Assembly (NCBI GenBank): GCA_043228905.1 | Contig: JBHGNT010000002.1 | Location: 20,584,001-20,648,000, forward strand | From: Azolla caroliniana | Taxonomy: Eukaryota > Plantae > Polypodiophyta | Length of the DNA: 64,000 bases | Direction of reading: 5' to 3' | Made by a program: the position numbers and the translations under genes | The notes under the pieces: generated by a model | Databases searched by the model: none | What the model saw: only the letters and a program-made list of their open reading frames with translations | What the model was told of the DNA's origin: nothing | Part shown: piece after piece, positions 50,702-62,650 of the stretch | How positions within the stretch are numbered: position 1 is the first letter of the stretch | How the letters are laid out: each line of letters opens with the position of its first letter

Positions 50702-50922
50702 AGCCAGATTTCTTTATTTTTTCCCCCTTTTCTTCTTCTTCTTCTTCTTCTTCAATCTTTCTTACTTACTTTTAAGAAGAAGAAACGGGAGATGCACCAA
50801 AAAAAAAAACAAAAAAACAAAAAAAAAAAAACCCAAATTTTATCTTATTCTCAGGCGCGCTGAAACCCTAGTGTTTCCATGTTCACCTTCTTCTTCTTCA
50901 TCATCATCATCATCTTCTTCTT

Positions 50923-50953
<31 letters not shown>

Positions 50954-52562
50954 TCGGAACCCTAAAGCTGGTTTTGGAAGAAGCAGGGGAATCCTCCAAA
51001 GAAACCCTAACTTCCTCATCCTCTTCTGCTTCCTGCTTCCTGCTTCCTGCTTCTTAGTCCTCCCTGTAATGGCAGCGTTAAGAAAAGTCATGTTTCGGGT
51101 CAAAGGGGAGTTGGGATGGACACCTGTGCATTCATCGCCAGAAAAGCTTGACCCTTTGGTGAACAGAAAAACCAGGAAACTAGAAAACCAGAAAACCAGG
51201 AAACCAGATGGCTATTCTTCCCCAGAGGAGACATTGCGCATGGCCTGGCCGGGTCGATCGATCGGAAACTCTTTGTCCCGCCCGCCCGCCCGCCCGCTTG
51301 CTTTTCTGCCCGGACACGCTCCCGCTATCCCTGACTTCGATCCGTTCCAATCCCCCGGGTACAAGTTCGTCTTCGTGGGGACCTGCAAATCGAGTACACA
51401 TGCATCGCAGTATACCACACCAATGGAACCGAATCGTGTCGATCGGAAGTGGACACACACTGAATCCTTCACATTGATTGTGTCGGCCCTGGTAAAGCCA
51501 CTTGATAGACATTTCGAATGACCCGACCCGTCGACGTGGAATCGTATTGTAAGGGGATTAATTGCGACCTGTCGTTTATCTTTGCTTCTAGTTTTGATTA
51601 GCTTTTGCCCGTATCAACCACTTACTGCCCACTTTTCGTTTAGATTGAGCCTCTCACCGCACCTTATTTCTTGTTCCCAATTTCGGTCAAACCTATTGAG
51701 CAAAGGAAAAGAGATAGAATACAAAACAGTGTTAGTGTCCCATACCACCATATATAGCCTTATGTTATATATACCCCAAGAGACTATGGATGAAATATCA
51801 AATTAATAATGGCGTACACATGAAACTTTCAAGATTTGAGGATTAAATATTGTTAAAATCACACTAGATCTTTATGCATACTAAGTTATTCTCCTTCCTC
51901 CTGGAAGACACTCAAGATGGATATCACGTGATTAAATTTTTTTATATGTGAAAGGAAAAGACCAATAAAGCTAATGATATATAATGAAACAACAACTTTA
52001 CACATAACTAAGTTGTACGCTCTAAATAAATGGCACAAGTTTGTTTGTGAATGTGAATAGAAGATAGTCCTAGATGAGTAAAACCTAAAAGGGTATATAT
52101 TAGTAGCATGGAGACTCTTACAGCACCAATAACTATGGTAGAGTTTAGGATTACTTGTTTGACAAGGGGACCTTTTTGTTTCAAACACCATCATTGTTAA
52201 TAGCACAACAATTCAATAACACTAGATATAATTGCGGTGTATAATAAAATAGTTTGTTTGCTTCATTGCTTTGTCAGTCTATATTTTTGTTGTTCATACA
52301 ACAAAGTCTGACATGAACCCTAGGACAAACAATAGTAGTCTTGTTATTGTATTTGCTCGTGGCATAGTAGAGACGCTCAAGTGTCAATACAATTGTCATA
52401 ATATTCTACCATTTGGTTTTATCGTGTGCAATAATCTAAGAAGGGCACTAGTGTGTGCTCTAGGTCCCATGAGTAAGTGATTTGATGTATGTGGAAACCT
52501 TTAGCGTTGGAGGGATAACTAGGATAAAATGTAGGGCCTAGCATTGGGAACCATATGTCAGG

Positions 52563-52607
<45 letters not shown>

Positions 52608-53799
52608 TCCATAGTCAAACTTTGAATATAACATTTCCTTGGTCTTAGAACTCCATCGGTTCCCATATTATTATTGCCCTCACATTTGTCTAAGAGCCTA
52701 TCTCCTCTACTACAACACTTCATTTGATGAATTTCTCAATAGTGAGGAGGTCATCATTATTGAAAAGAGATTGAACTCAAGCTGGGGTTCTTACACAACA
52801 GAACACATTGTGTTTGTGTGTGTGTGGTGTTATGTGTGTGAGAGAGGAGACATAGAGAGGTAGAGAAATCAAGTACCAAAGACAAAATATGGACGTTAAG
52901 TTTTACCATTAGGGGAGAATACACAATGAATTGATCACCCTTAGAGAGGGGGACAAGGGTTTTCTATATAGAGACCTCTCACTACCTTCTCGCTAGGTGA
53001 CATGTTACATGGGAGTGGGATATGATAGTATCGTTTTTCTCCTTAACTACTAATGACAATATGACACTAGAAGTTATTCCTTATGACAAGGAATAACTCA
53101 TACAACAAGCATGTGGACTTTAATGCACATGGGTGCACCCACTACACATGTTGGACATTGTTAAGTTTGCTTCTCAATATTGCTATGTAACCTTGCTAAC
53201 TCTATTAACATCCTTCATCTAATCGTCCTCTATTCAAGGAATTTCTTCGCAACCAAAATAAGGTACAAGGTGGCTGAACACTCTTGGTAATTATAATTGC
53301 ATTGGAAGAATGGCATTCCTATCTTTGAATGCTCGACACAACATTCATGTGATAATACAAAACAAGAACATCCAATACTTCATGACCATGCATGGTCTCA
53401 ATTTATTTCCTAGTTGACTTTGAATTTGTAATAATTTATTTCCGTGGGTCATAGCAAGTCAAGGTTAATGTCGTCTCTCACCACTCCAAATATAGCCCTT
53501 GAATCGGGATCAACTAAGAATATTTTCCCTACTATGTTCTTGAATTTGAACTACTCTAGAAGACACAAGAAGTAACATAGGATGATCCCTTCGCACAAGA
53601 AATATGTCAGTAAATCTCCAACTTGCCTAATGGTCTCAAACTTTGTGACAACATGAAGAGTTTCACATTCTAAGATGACTCCTAAGCAAACTAATTGCAT
53701 TGTGCCATGTGCACTAGTGTGCATCCAAGCTCTCAAAGAGTGCCATGAGTTTTGTACGATTCAATACATTGATATTGAAACATTTATGGAATTGTTTAT

Positions 53800-54770
53800 A
53801 AGAAACCATTGATGGCCTCAACTACGAAGATGGATTCAAAACTATTACCACCAATGATACTTGAAGTCTTGCCAAGACACTTCCCATTTGGACTACTAGA
53901 ACCTCTATATATCCCCAAAGAAATCTTGACCTTCATTTCCCTTGACTTCACCACTAACCTACCAAATCCTCATTGTGTGAACCATCTAAATAACATGTCT
54001 CAATTTGTGATCAAGCTACACAATATCCCCATTCTCCATAGCCTTCTATGCATAGGCAATTGATCAAATAGAATAGGTAGACCAAACTTTTGTGTTGCGA
54101 CCTACACTATACATTAATAATTAGCAGGAAAACCATACTCAAAAGCCCCCCCTTAGCCCAAATATCAAGAAAAACATTTTGCAGAGAATCTCGTGGATAC
54201 CTTTTGAGATGTCTCTCAAACTCTAAAAAGTTTTAGAATGCTACAAGGTGTCCACTGGTCGATGTCACTTAGAACAAAGATTTGAAAAAGATGAAAAGTT
54301 GTGGCTCTTCACATAAATCTTACAAACAACAAAACATTGTTTGAAAATTGACTATAAGCACATCAACCTTTACCATCATAATCAAGTTTTGTGTGATGGC
54401 CTTCGGCTTTGATATGCTTGCACACTACCATATCCACAATGTATTCCATGTATCCTTACTAGATCCCAATGGCAAGCCTATCATCTCTTTGATGACCTCA
54501 AACATCACCAACGTTTGTTAAGATCGAAGGAAGTGAAGAATCTGAAGTTGAGGTGGTACTCTCTTGCTAACAACACTTGGGAACCATCAAAGCATCTCTC
54601 CACACTCAAGAATTAGTAAATGAATTCCACTCACACTAGCATAACAAGCCACTACACGTAGAAGGAATTGCTTGAGGCGGAAGAGATATCACAATTATTT
54701 TGGTTAGTTTAGCTTGAACCCACGAATGTTGAATAAGGGGAGCACTTTAACTAAACTACAACACTTTGTA
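53800..54770 (+). mobile_element. Degenerate chromovirus integrase/chromodomain remnant with PPT and start of 3' LTR
   Basis: PFGLLEPL.IP....ISLDFTTNLP, then decayed KVWL, KLDYK, IHNVFHVSLL and TWEP, then purine tract GAGGCGGAAGAGA at about 54674. Confidence 0.7.
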
Positions 54771-55609
54771 AAGTTTAAAAATAACGTAAAAGATAGTAAG
54801 ATCTCTAATGAGCTATAAGATTAATGATGATATTGTCAAAAAGGAAAGGGGTTGTCCTCGAACAAGTCAACACCAATTGTTGAATATATTCCCATGCCTT
54901 GTACTCTTGTCATGCTTAGAGTACATTTCGTTTCCTTTTACTGATGTCAAGTGAAGCATGCCCAAGCAATTGTAAAGTTTCTGCAACAAAGTAATGAGGC
55001 ATTGCATTCAAACCATACATTCCGTAGTGGGCTTTGGTAAAGTAGTGCATGTATTGAGATTGAACCAAGATGCATGGTTCATAAAACTTATATATATTTT
55101 ATTTTTTATGTTTCCTTCAAAGATTTTCTTTAGTACTATTAACCAAAAACACCTTAAGGCTACAACTTGAGCTTGTCTGCCTAGAAGCTTACAATTTTAT
55201 TTATTTATTTATTTCCAAATCAAAATATACTTCTTATACCAAGCATCATATGTATGTGAATCATCACTATTACGCCCAACATGTAAGGAATAATTAAAAT
55301 CCAGCTCCCAAAGTGAGAGTTTCCCTTCCATATCTCTCAAGAAAAACAATATTATGAGTAGTAGATCCACCATATTGTGATGCCAATGCATCTCCCATAT
55401 TTTGATACATATCCATCAGAGCATCTGCTATACTGTTGTGTGAATCAATCGTTGGGAATATCTGACAGGCCCAAGGAGAATAACTGATGACCTAAGGTAG
55501 CCAAGCCATAAACATATTGAGCAACATTTTTTCGATTGAAGCTGTTAATACAATTTTTTCTTTCTTTTTGCAAAATTTTGGAAGTCACAATGAATGAAAT
55601 GCAATCACT

Positions 55610-56550
55610 CTACCTTCGCAAAAACCTGGTTTAGATAACCAACCCCCACACCATCATCACTCATTGTGATAAAAAAACAGGAAATCAGCTTCCTCAAGTC
55701 CACATCAACCATCTCGATGTCGTCGATTATCACCAAAATCTTGTACATCAATAGTCTCGCCAGCTCGCCGATTACGAACAAAATCCGGTACTGACAACAA
55801 CAAATGAGTCTAAAAAAACTTTTCCTCACCTCCTCATGACAATATGCTTCAAACCTCACTCATCTTGATTAAAAAAAAGGAAATCATCTTCCTCAAGTCC
55901 ACATTAACCATCTCATTGTCGCCGATTATCACCAAAATCTTGTACCTACAAAAACAACATGAGTGTACTCTCTACCTCTCCTCATGAAAATATGCTTCAT
56001 TGTCTGCATCAACCATCTCGGAAATCACCGCGAAAATTGTCTTAGATCAATAGTCTCACCATCTTGCCGATTACCACCAAAATCCTATACTGACAACAAC
56101 AAATGAATGTAAAAAAAACTTTTCCTCACCTCCTCATGATAATATGCTTCAAACCCCACACCATCCTCACTCATCTTGATTAAAAAACAGGAAATCATCT
56201 TCCTCAAGTCCACATCAACCATCTCGTTGTCGCTGATTATCACCAAAATCTTGTACCTACGAAAACAACATGAGTGTACTCTCTACCTCTCCTCATGAAG
56301 ATATGCTTCATTGTCCGCATCAACCATCTTAGAGATCACCGCGAAAATCGTCTTATGTCAATAGTCTCACCATCTTGCCGATTACCACCAAAAAGAGTGT
56401 AAAAAAACTTTTCCTCACCTCCTCATGATAATATGCTTCAAACCCCACACCATCATTACTCATCCTGACAAAAAAACAGAAAATCAACTTCCTCAAGTCC
56501 ACATCAACCATCTTGCCGTCGCCGATTATCACCAAAATCTTGTACCTACA
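55610..56550. repeat. Tandem array, ~300-bp period, about 3.3 copies with internal sub-repeats
   Basis: caatagtctc.cca.ct.gccgattac.accaaaa occurs at about 55750, 56048 and 56359. cttcctcaagtccacatcaaccatct occurs four times. Confidence 0.88.
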
Positions 56551-57172
56551 AAATCTTCATAAAACTTGTATTGACATTAGAGTATAACCTTAAGAAAAAA
56601 GATAGTTGAAGATGAAGCAGGGGAAAAGATTTGCTCAATCATGATGATTCATCACTGAAGTAACAATTAATTGCTTTACCATTTTTGGCAAGGGTAAAAG
56701 TGCTAAGATTTCCAATAAACTGTATCAATTGCATTACACAACTAAAGAAGTCATTGATTGAGCGCATAATTACAATATTAGTTTCTAGTAATTGTATCAA
56801 ATGGGCAAACCAAATATTCCTTTGCAATGGTTACTAGGTGTAGGATTGATATTACTATTAAAATAACCAAAACAATATTGAGTTACAAGGATAAGTGATT
56901 GATGATACGCACAACCCAATGTTAGGGACATGATTTTACGTAGAGTGTGGCTGGAGAACGAGAGAGAAACATGACAAGAGTGTGATTCTTCGTGACTGGG
57001 ACCGGGAGGCTGGGGGGGGGGGGGGGGGGGGGAACTTGTGGGAAGGCTCGGGTCGGGGACTATGGCCGGAATACAGGGTGTGCGCACCCGGAAACACGCG
57101 GCTTCCGATGGTCTGGCAAGAGTTCCTTTGGTATTTTGCCGAGGGGTAGGCTCCGATATTACCGGAAAAATC

Positions 57173-57248
<76 letters not shown>

Positions 57249-57429
57249 CATAGTGAGCTCATACAACTGAACATCAGAACAGAGTGTTATGTAAAATGGC
57301 CTTCCATCCAGAAAGAAGATAATTGCTGCCCCCAATTCCCAGGTAACACCTTTTTATTTTTACCTGTTTCCTATCTCAAAAATTGCTTTGCATCATTTCA
57401 TTTCTAGTATGTTTCTTGTAAATACTCTG

Positions 57430-57545
57430 CATGTAAGATCTGTTGTTGTTATTGATGATGTTGACGATGATGGTGATGTTGTTATTGTTGTTGTTGTTGA
57501 TGATGATGATGATGATGGTGATGTTATTGTTCATGATGACGATCA
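57430..57545. repeat. (GAT/GTT)n trinucleotide microsatellite
   Basis: Read directly. Confidence 0.85.
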
Positions 57546-58691
57546 GGAACTTGCTTACAACCAGCAGTGGAGGATGTGCAACTAGGGTTTGCATATACTT
57601 TGGAGATGTAGATTAGGGTTAATAATATACTTTTAAATATGTAGTTTAGGGTTTTGTATGTACTTTGCATAGAAGATGGCGTTGCTCATATGATCATGAA
57701 TACTATAAAGATGCTTGTTAAACAGGTTACAGAACGTTGAGCTGTTTGTGTAGATTAGGGTTTGCTATGTCCGATGCCTTGCTGCATCAAATTAAATTTC
57801 TCATAAGGTCACTTGTAGAAGAGAGAAATCAAATTATTATACAAATTTATCATAATGTTTCACTTGCTTTGGAATAATATGTGCAACATGTTAACTGTTC
57901 TTGCTAAACCATTTCTAATTCAAAGGTCATAATGTTCAACTTCACCATATCATGGGTTTCTTTAGTGCATGATAGGATTAATTTCTTCAAACCCTATGTT
58001 GGTAGAAATTTTGGCATTTTTTATTTTTCATTCAAGTGAATTTGGTGCTCTTTTCCTTGACCAGTAAAAAGGCATTTTATGAAGTTTATCTTCATGGGTG
58101 AAGCTCCACAAAAATGTTTTTTGACTCACCATTTAGCCATTTCGCTTTACAAGGTGCGGTTTGGAAGATAATCCTTTCGAATCGATGTTCATTGAGATGG
58201 TAAATGATGTTGGATATTCACATCAGACATGCAAGGGTTTCTGAACTTCGGGTTAACTAGAATAAAAGGCAAAGTTTTATTTCAACCTAGAATCACAAAG
58301 GATGGCATACATTTAACAAAGTTTTTGGGGAAGTTTACAAAGGCTTGCCAAACTTAGTGTATGGACAGGCTATAGTCTCTCTTGCAAATATCAAGATTGT
58401 CTGCAAAACTGCCCAATGTGAACCTTGCATACTATGAGTATAAAATAAGCATAGATACACTTGGTTACCTTTATACAAATTCTTCAACTAAAAACAAGAA
58501 TCATACCAAATCAATTTACATCAATAAAACCTCATTTTGCGAATAATACGTGGAACCCCTAGAAGCTGTGAAGGAAGGATGACACAGTGGAATTATCTGT
58601 CCAATCAGGGACTTTAAAAGGATCTGGATAAATAGTCGTCTTTTGTCACGATTCCTCTAGGTCCAAAGAAACATTCCATGCAAACATGATT

Positions 58692-60825
58692 CTAATCTTG
58701 CTCAAATTGTCGCTGGATATCAATTAAGGTTTCTGCCACTTGCTTCATTGTGGGTCTATCATCTTTCTCTTGTTGAAGGCACGTAAATGCAAGATCTAAC
58801 ATGGCTTTAACCGAACCTTCCTTATCTGTTTCTTCATCCATATGCAAAGAAGGGTCCACAAGCTCTTTCCAGGCACCACATGCTATCTTACTCAATGCTA
58901 AACTCGAGAGGTTTATGTCATCTCTGTTCCTTGACATATCGACCGCGAGTTGTGCAGATACAAGCTCTACAAGCACAACCCCGAAACTATACACATCGCT
59001 CTTGTCTGTCAGTTGATAACACTGGTGATAATCCGGGTCAACATAACCAGGGCTCCCTTGAGGTGCTGTTGTGACATGAGTCACATCAATCGGTACCAAC
59101 CTTGAGAGCCCAAAATCTGCCACTTTCACTGAGAAATTCTCATCTAGTAGAATATTTGTGGTTTTCACATCCCGGTGATATATCGGAGGATCCAATTTGT
59201 TGTGTAAATAGGATAATGCCTCTGCTGTCTCACATGCTATCTTGAGCCGGAGCTTCCATGGAAATGGCTTCAATGCCATCCCATCTTTGTCGTGAAGCTG
59301 ATCCCAAACTGTGCCTTTGGACGCATATTCGAAAACTAGCAACAGATCTCTATTGTCTTCACAACAAAACCCATACAATTTCACCAGATGGGGATGTTGG
59401 AAGCTTGACAAGACCTTGATTTCATTATAGAATTGGTCCATCTTTCGGAAGTTGTCATGGTATAGCCTCTTGATCGCGACCTTGCGGCCATCTTTGAGGA
59501 CTCCTAAGTAGACCGCCCCGAACCCTCCGTCACCGATCATGTTCTTTTCTGCAAAAGAATCGGTGCATTTCACGAGATCTTTGTATGTGAATTCACTGGC
59601 AGGGACAGGGCCTAATCGAGAAGAGAGAGTGAGAGCTCGATGTGTACAAAACTTGTGGCTATAATCACTTGATGCATTGGAGACCAACGGGATTCTGCGG
59701 AAATAGGAACTATGCTTCTGACTTTGTCTTCGTCGATATATGATTACTATAACTGCACTGGCTATGAAGAAGGCTATTGGGATAAATATCCCTATAAGCG
59801 TTTTGCATAAGGTTGTGCAGCGACCTGTGAGAAATTCAATGGTATCAAATGTATGCCAGATAATTTCTCATGTTATTTAAGCAAAAGAAGATGTGATGAA
59901 AGAAGAATGTGGAAAGAAATGATTTACCTTTGGTGGTGCAGTCATTTGACGTGGTTTCATTCTTGGGGCAGAAGCATTGGAAAGCATTGGAGGGGCTGTA
60001 TCCACATGCACCATTAGAGTTCATGCATGCTTTACAAGTTTTGCTTTGTTGGAGGATGCTATCATTCATGGAGAGTTGAATCATTCCAACCTTTGCTAAT
60101 GTAACATTCTGTTCATTTGTGTTTGAGTTCATAACCAACACCTGCAAATGTGTGCATTTCAGTTCGCTCATTTTTTGATTAACATCCAGATCTGAGTCGA
60201 GATGCACTTCGACGCATTTCTTTGGATCGAAACGGTCGTATCCCAGATTATTGCATATCTCAACATAATTCATGCAATTCAGGGTACCATTTTTCAACTT
60301 GGCATCTGCATCACCGTCGGTGCAATCAAGAAGCATTAACAGGTTACGATTCGAGAAGTCAAAAACGCCACTGTCGAGGTCATTCAATCGGATGGCGGAT
60401 GTGAAAATCGGGAAATAATCGGGTATATCAGTAGAGCTCAAAGGTTCGCAAATTTTTCCATAATCGGAGGTGTCTTTAGCTGTGAGAACAGTCTCATTCC
60501 ACGTGAGGTTGATGTATTGGAGATTGTTGTTATCAGGAGACGAACTTATGTCCATCACGATTGGAGCCGCCATAGTAAGGTTGAGGTTATTGGTGAATCC
60601 GGTCCAACGGAGTGGTTCCGAGGATGGCGACCCACACCTTGGTTGCATCAAGAATGCCGAGGATGCACCGCAGCCTTCATCATTGCCGAAAGGATAAGAG
60701 ACATTGAACTTTCCATTCTGACAAATTTGAGTCCAGCACGACGACTGCGACACAGTGGCATCAGAGTCCTTGGTGATCCAACAAGAGCACACAAGTAGAA
60801 GCATCAGGGAGAACAGTAGCCTCAT
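58692..60825 (-). CDS. LRK10L/WAK-like receptor kinase (copy B). Exons 60825-59928 and 59824-58692
   Basis: MRLLFSLMLLLVCSC signal peptide, NVSYPFG...CG, CKAC..SNGACGY....FQCFC, TM (IGIFIPIAFFIASAVIVII) and kinase GDGGFG..YHRDVKTTNIL..DFGLSR..PQGSPGYVDPDY. The phase-1 intron is at the same position as in copy A. Confidence 0.94.
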
Positions 60826-61333
60826 TCTTGCCAATTCTGCTTCTCTCTTTCTCTCTCTCTTCTTCTACTTCTTTTTTGCTTTCTGCTTCTTCTTCTTCTT
60901 CTTTGCCTTTGCCTTTTGCTTTTTCCCTTGCTCTTCTCTGCTTTTTGGCTTCCCCTGTTTCCTTCCCTCCTCTTCTTCTTCTTCTTCTTCTTCTTCTTCT
61001 TGTTTGCCTTTTGCTTGCCCTGAATCTTCTTCTCCTTCTTTTGCTGGTATTCCTTAAAACCGTTTTGCCCAATTGCTTTCTTTCTACCTCTTCCTTTTTT
61101 CCTTCTGATTTTCGATAGAGCTGCAGGAAAATGGATGACCTAGGATACGTGGTGCCTCATGTTTGCTTTTCGATTCTTCTGATCCGTTTGCTCCTGATTG
61201 ATCTGCTGCTGCTTCGGTTTTCCTGATTGATCTGCGGAGGAGGAAGGAAGAGAGAATTTCTCCTTCATCCCAGAGATTAATCAAACGACTAAGGGGCACA
61301 GATTTGCTTGCAGAGAAGGCAGGGAAAGCATGA

Positions 61334-61364
<31 letters not shown>

Positions 61365-61396
61365 GTAAGATGGACTTTTGAGTAGCCAAGGCTTCC

Positions 61397-61432
61397 GGTC
61401 AAAGTCAAGAAGTCAAGAAGTCAAGAAGTCAA
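61397..61432 (-). promoter_or_regulatory. Cluster of five W-boxes (TTGACY) upstream of receptor kinase copy B
   Basis: GGTCAA-AGTCAA-GA-AGTCAA-GA-AGTCAA-GA-AGTCAA on the + strand. Confidence 0.6.
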
Positions 61433-61716
61433 ACTTTCCTTCTAAGACTTCTCATGCATTAAGAAAAGGAATAGGAATAGGAATTTCATTCTCATATCTC
61501 TTATTTTATTTTATATATATTTTTGTTACCCACCCTTCATTAGATATCATGGGAACTTCGCTACCAAAACATGGAGCGGAATGCAAATTCCTCTCGAGGA
61601 GGAGTCAGGACATTCCCCCTGTGACCATTCGGACAAAAAACATGGGAGCGAAATGTGATAGAAAGTCGGGAAATTCCTATAAAAGTTTTCCAGATTTCAG
61701 ATTTCGATCATATTTT

Positions 61717-61751
<35 letters not shown>

Positions 61752-61764
61752 TTTGCCCAAGTTG

Positions 61765-61835
61765 TATGTAGCTCAGTTGGTAAGGTTGCCCAATGGAAAC
61801 TAGGAGGTGATGGGTTCAATCCCTTGACCTTACAC
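61765..61835 (+). mobile_element. tRNA-derived (SINE head-like) fragment
   Basis: TAGCTCAGTTGGTAAG (A box) ... GGTTCAATCCC (B box) at tRNA spacing. The acceptor and anticodon stems are not intact. Confidence 0.6.
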
Positions 61836-62214
61836 AAGGCATCTACTCAATTAAGAGATATGTATGAAGTAATAGAGAGGTGAGAAAATTGGGCTTCGAA
61901 CCCATGGAGTAGTACTTGTAGTGTAACAGCTTACCATTAGGGCAAGCTAATTACAAGAGGGATTGTTGTATGCTGATGACATCTTTTCGAAATTCTCTGG
62001 ACAACGTTTGTTATGATTTAGTGATTTGAGATATGATCATTTTGCTTTGTTGTCTGCTCGTGGCACAACCTTCAACCTGAATTCGTTGACCCTCATTAGT
62101 TTGTCAATTACATTAAGATATCACATCATTTATCACACTTTCCCTTTGTTAAAATTCTTCGTAGTTGAATGGGGGAAGGCTATTTGATAAACGAGAAAGA
62201 AACAAAATTATTAA

Positions 62215-62650
62215 CATATTACACAAACATTGACATATTATTATGGGTTTTCGATGCATTAACAATATTGGCGCACAAATTTATATTGAAGGCATTGTAT
62301 CATTTAAGGGTTTTCAAACCATTAACAATATTGTCAAACAAATTTATATTGAAGGCGTTGTAGCATTTAAGGGTTTTTGATGCATTAACAATATTGTCAA
62401 AGAAATTTATATTGAAGGCATTGTATCATTTAAGGGTTTTTGATGTATTAACAATATTGTCAAAGAAATTTATATTGAAGGCACTGAATCATTTAAGGGT
62501 TTTTGATGCATTAACAATATTGTCAAATGAATTTATATTGAAGGCATTATTAACATACTACACAAACATCGACATATTATTTAGGGTTTTCAATGCATTA
62601 ACAATATTACAATATTGTCAAACAAATATATATTGAAGGCATTGTATAAT
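62215..62650. repeat. 63-bp minisatellite, about 6 copies with variants
   Basis: aaatttatattgaaggcattgtatcatttaagggttttt gatgcattaacaatattgtcaa recurs every 63 bp. Confidence 0.93.

Noticed and set aside
50613-51521. 302-aa plus-strand ORF
   Set aside because: It has a TTG start and runs through (TTC)n and poly-A tracts of the kinase A 5' region, with no recognisable domain.
52760-53180. Possible solo copia LTR
   Set aside because: It has LTR-like texture and a TTCTCAA end, but no convincing TG start or TSD was found.
60755-61118. ORFs across the CT-rich leader of kinase B (possible uORF)
   Set aside because: Low-complexity (CTT)n sequence with non-ATG starts gives no support for translation.
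61765-61950. Functional tRNA genes
   Set aside because: A/B boxes are present but the acceptor and anticodon stems do not pair, so they are treated as tRNA-derived fragments.
62215-62650. CRISPR-like array
   Set aside because: Whole 63-bp units repeat with no unique spacers, there are no cas genes and the context is eukaryotic. It is a minisatellite.
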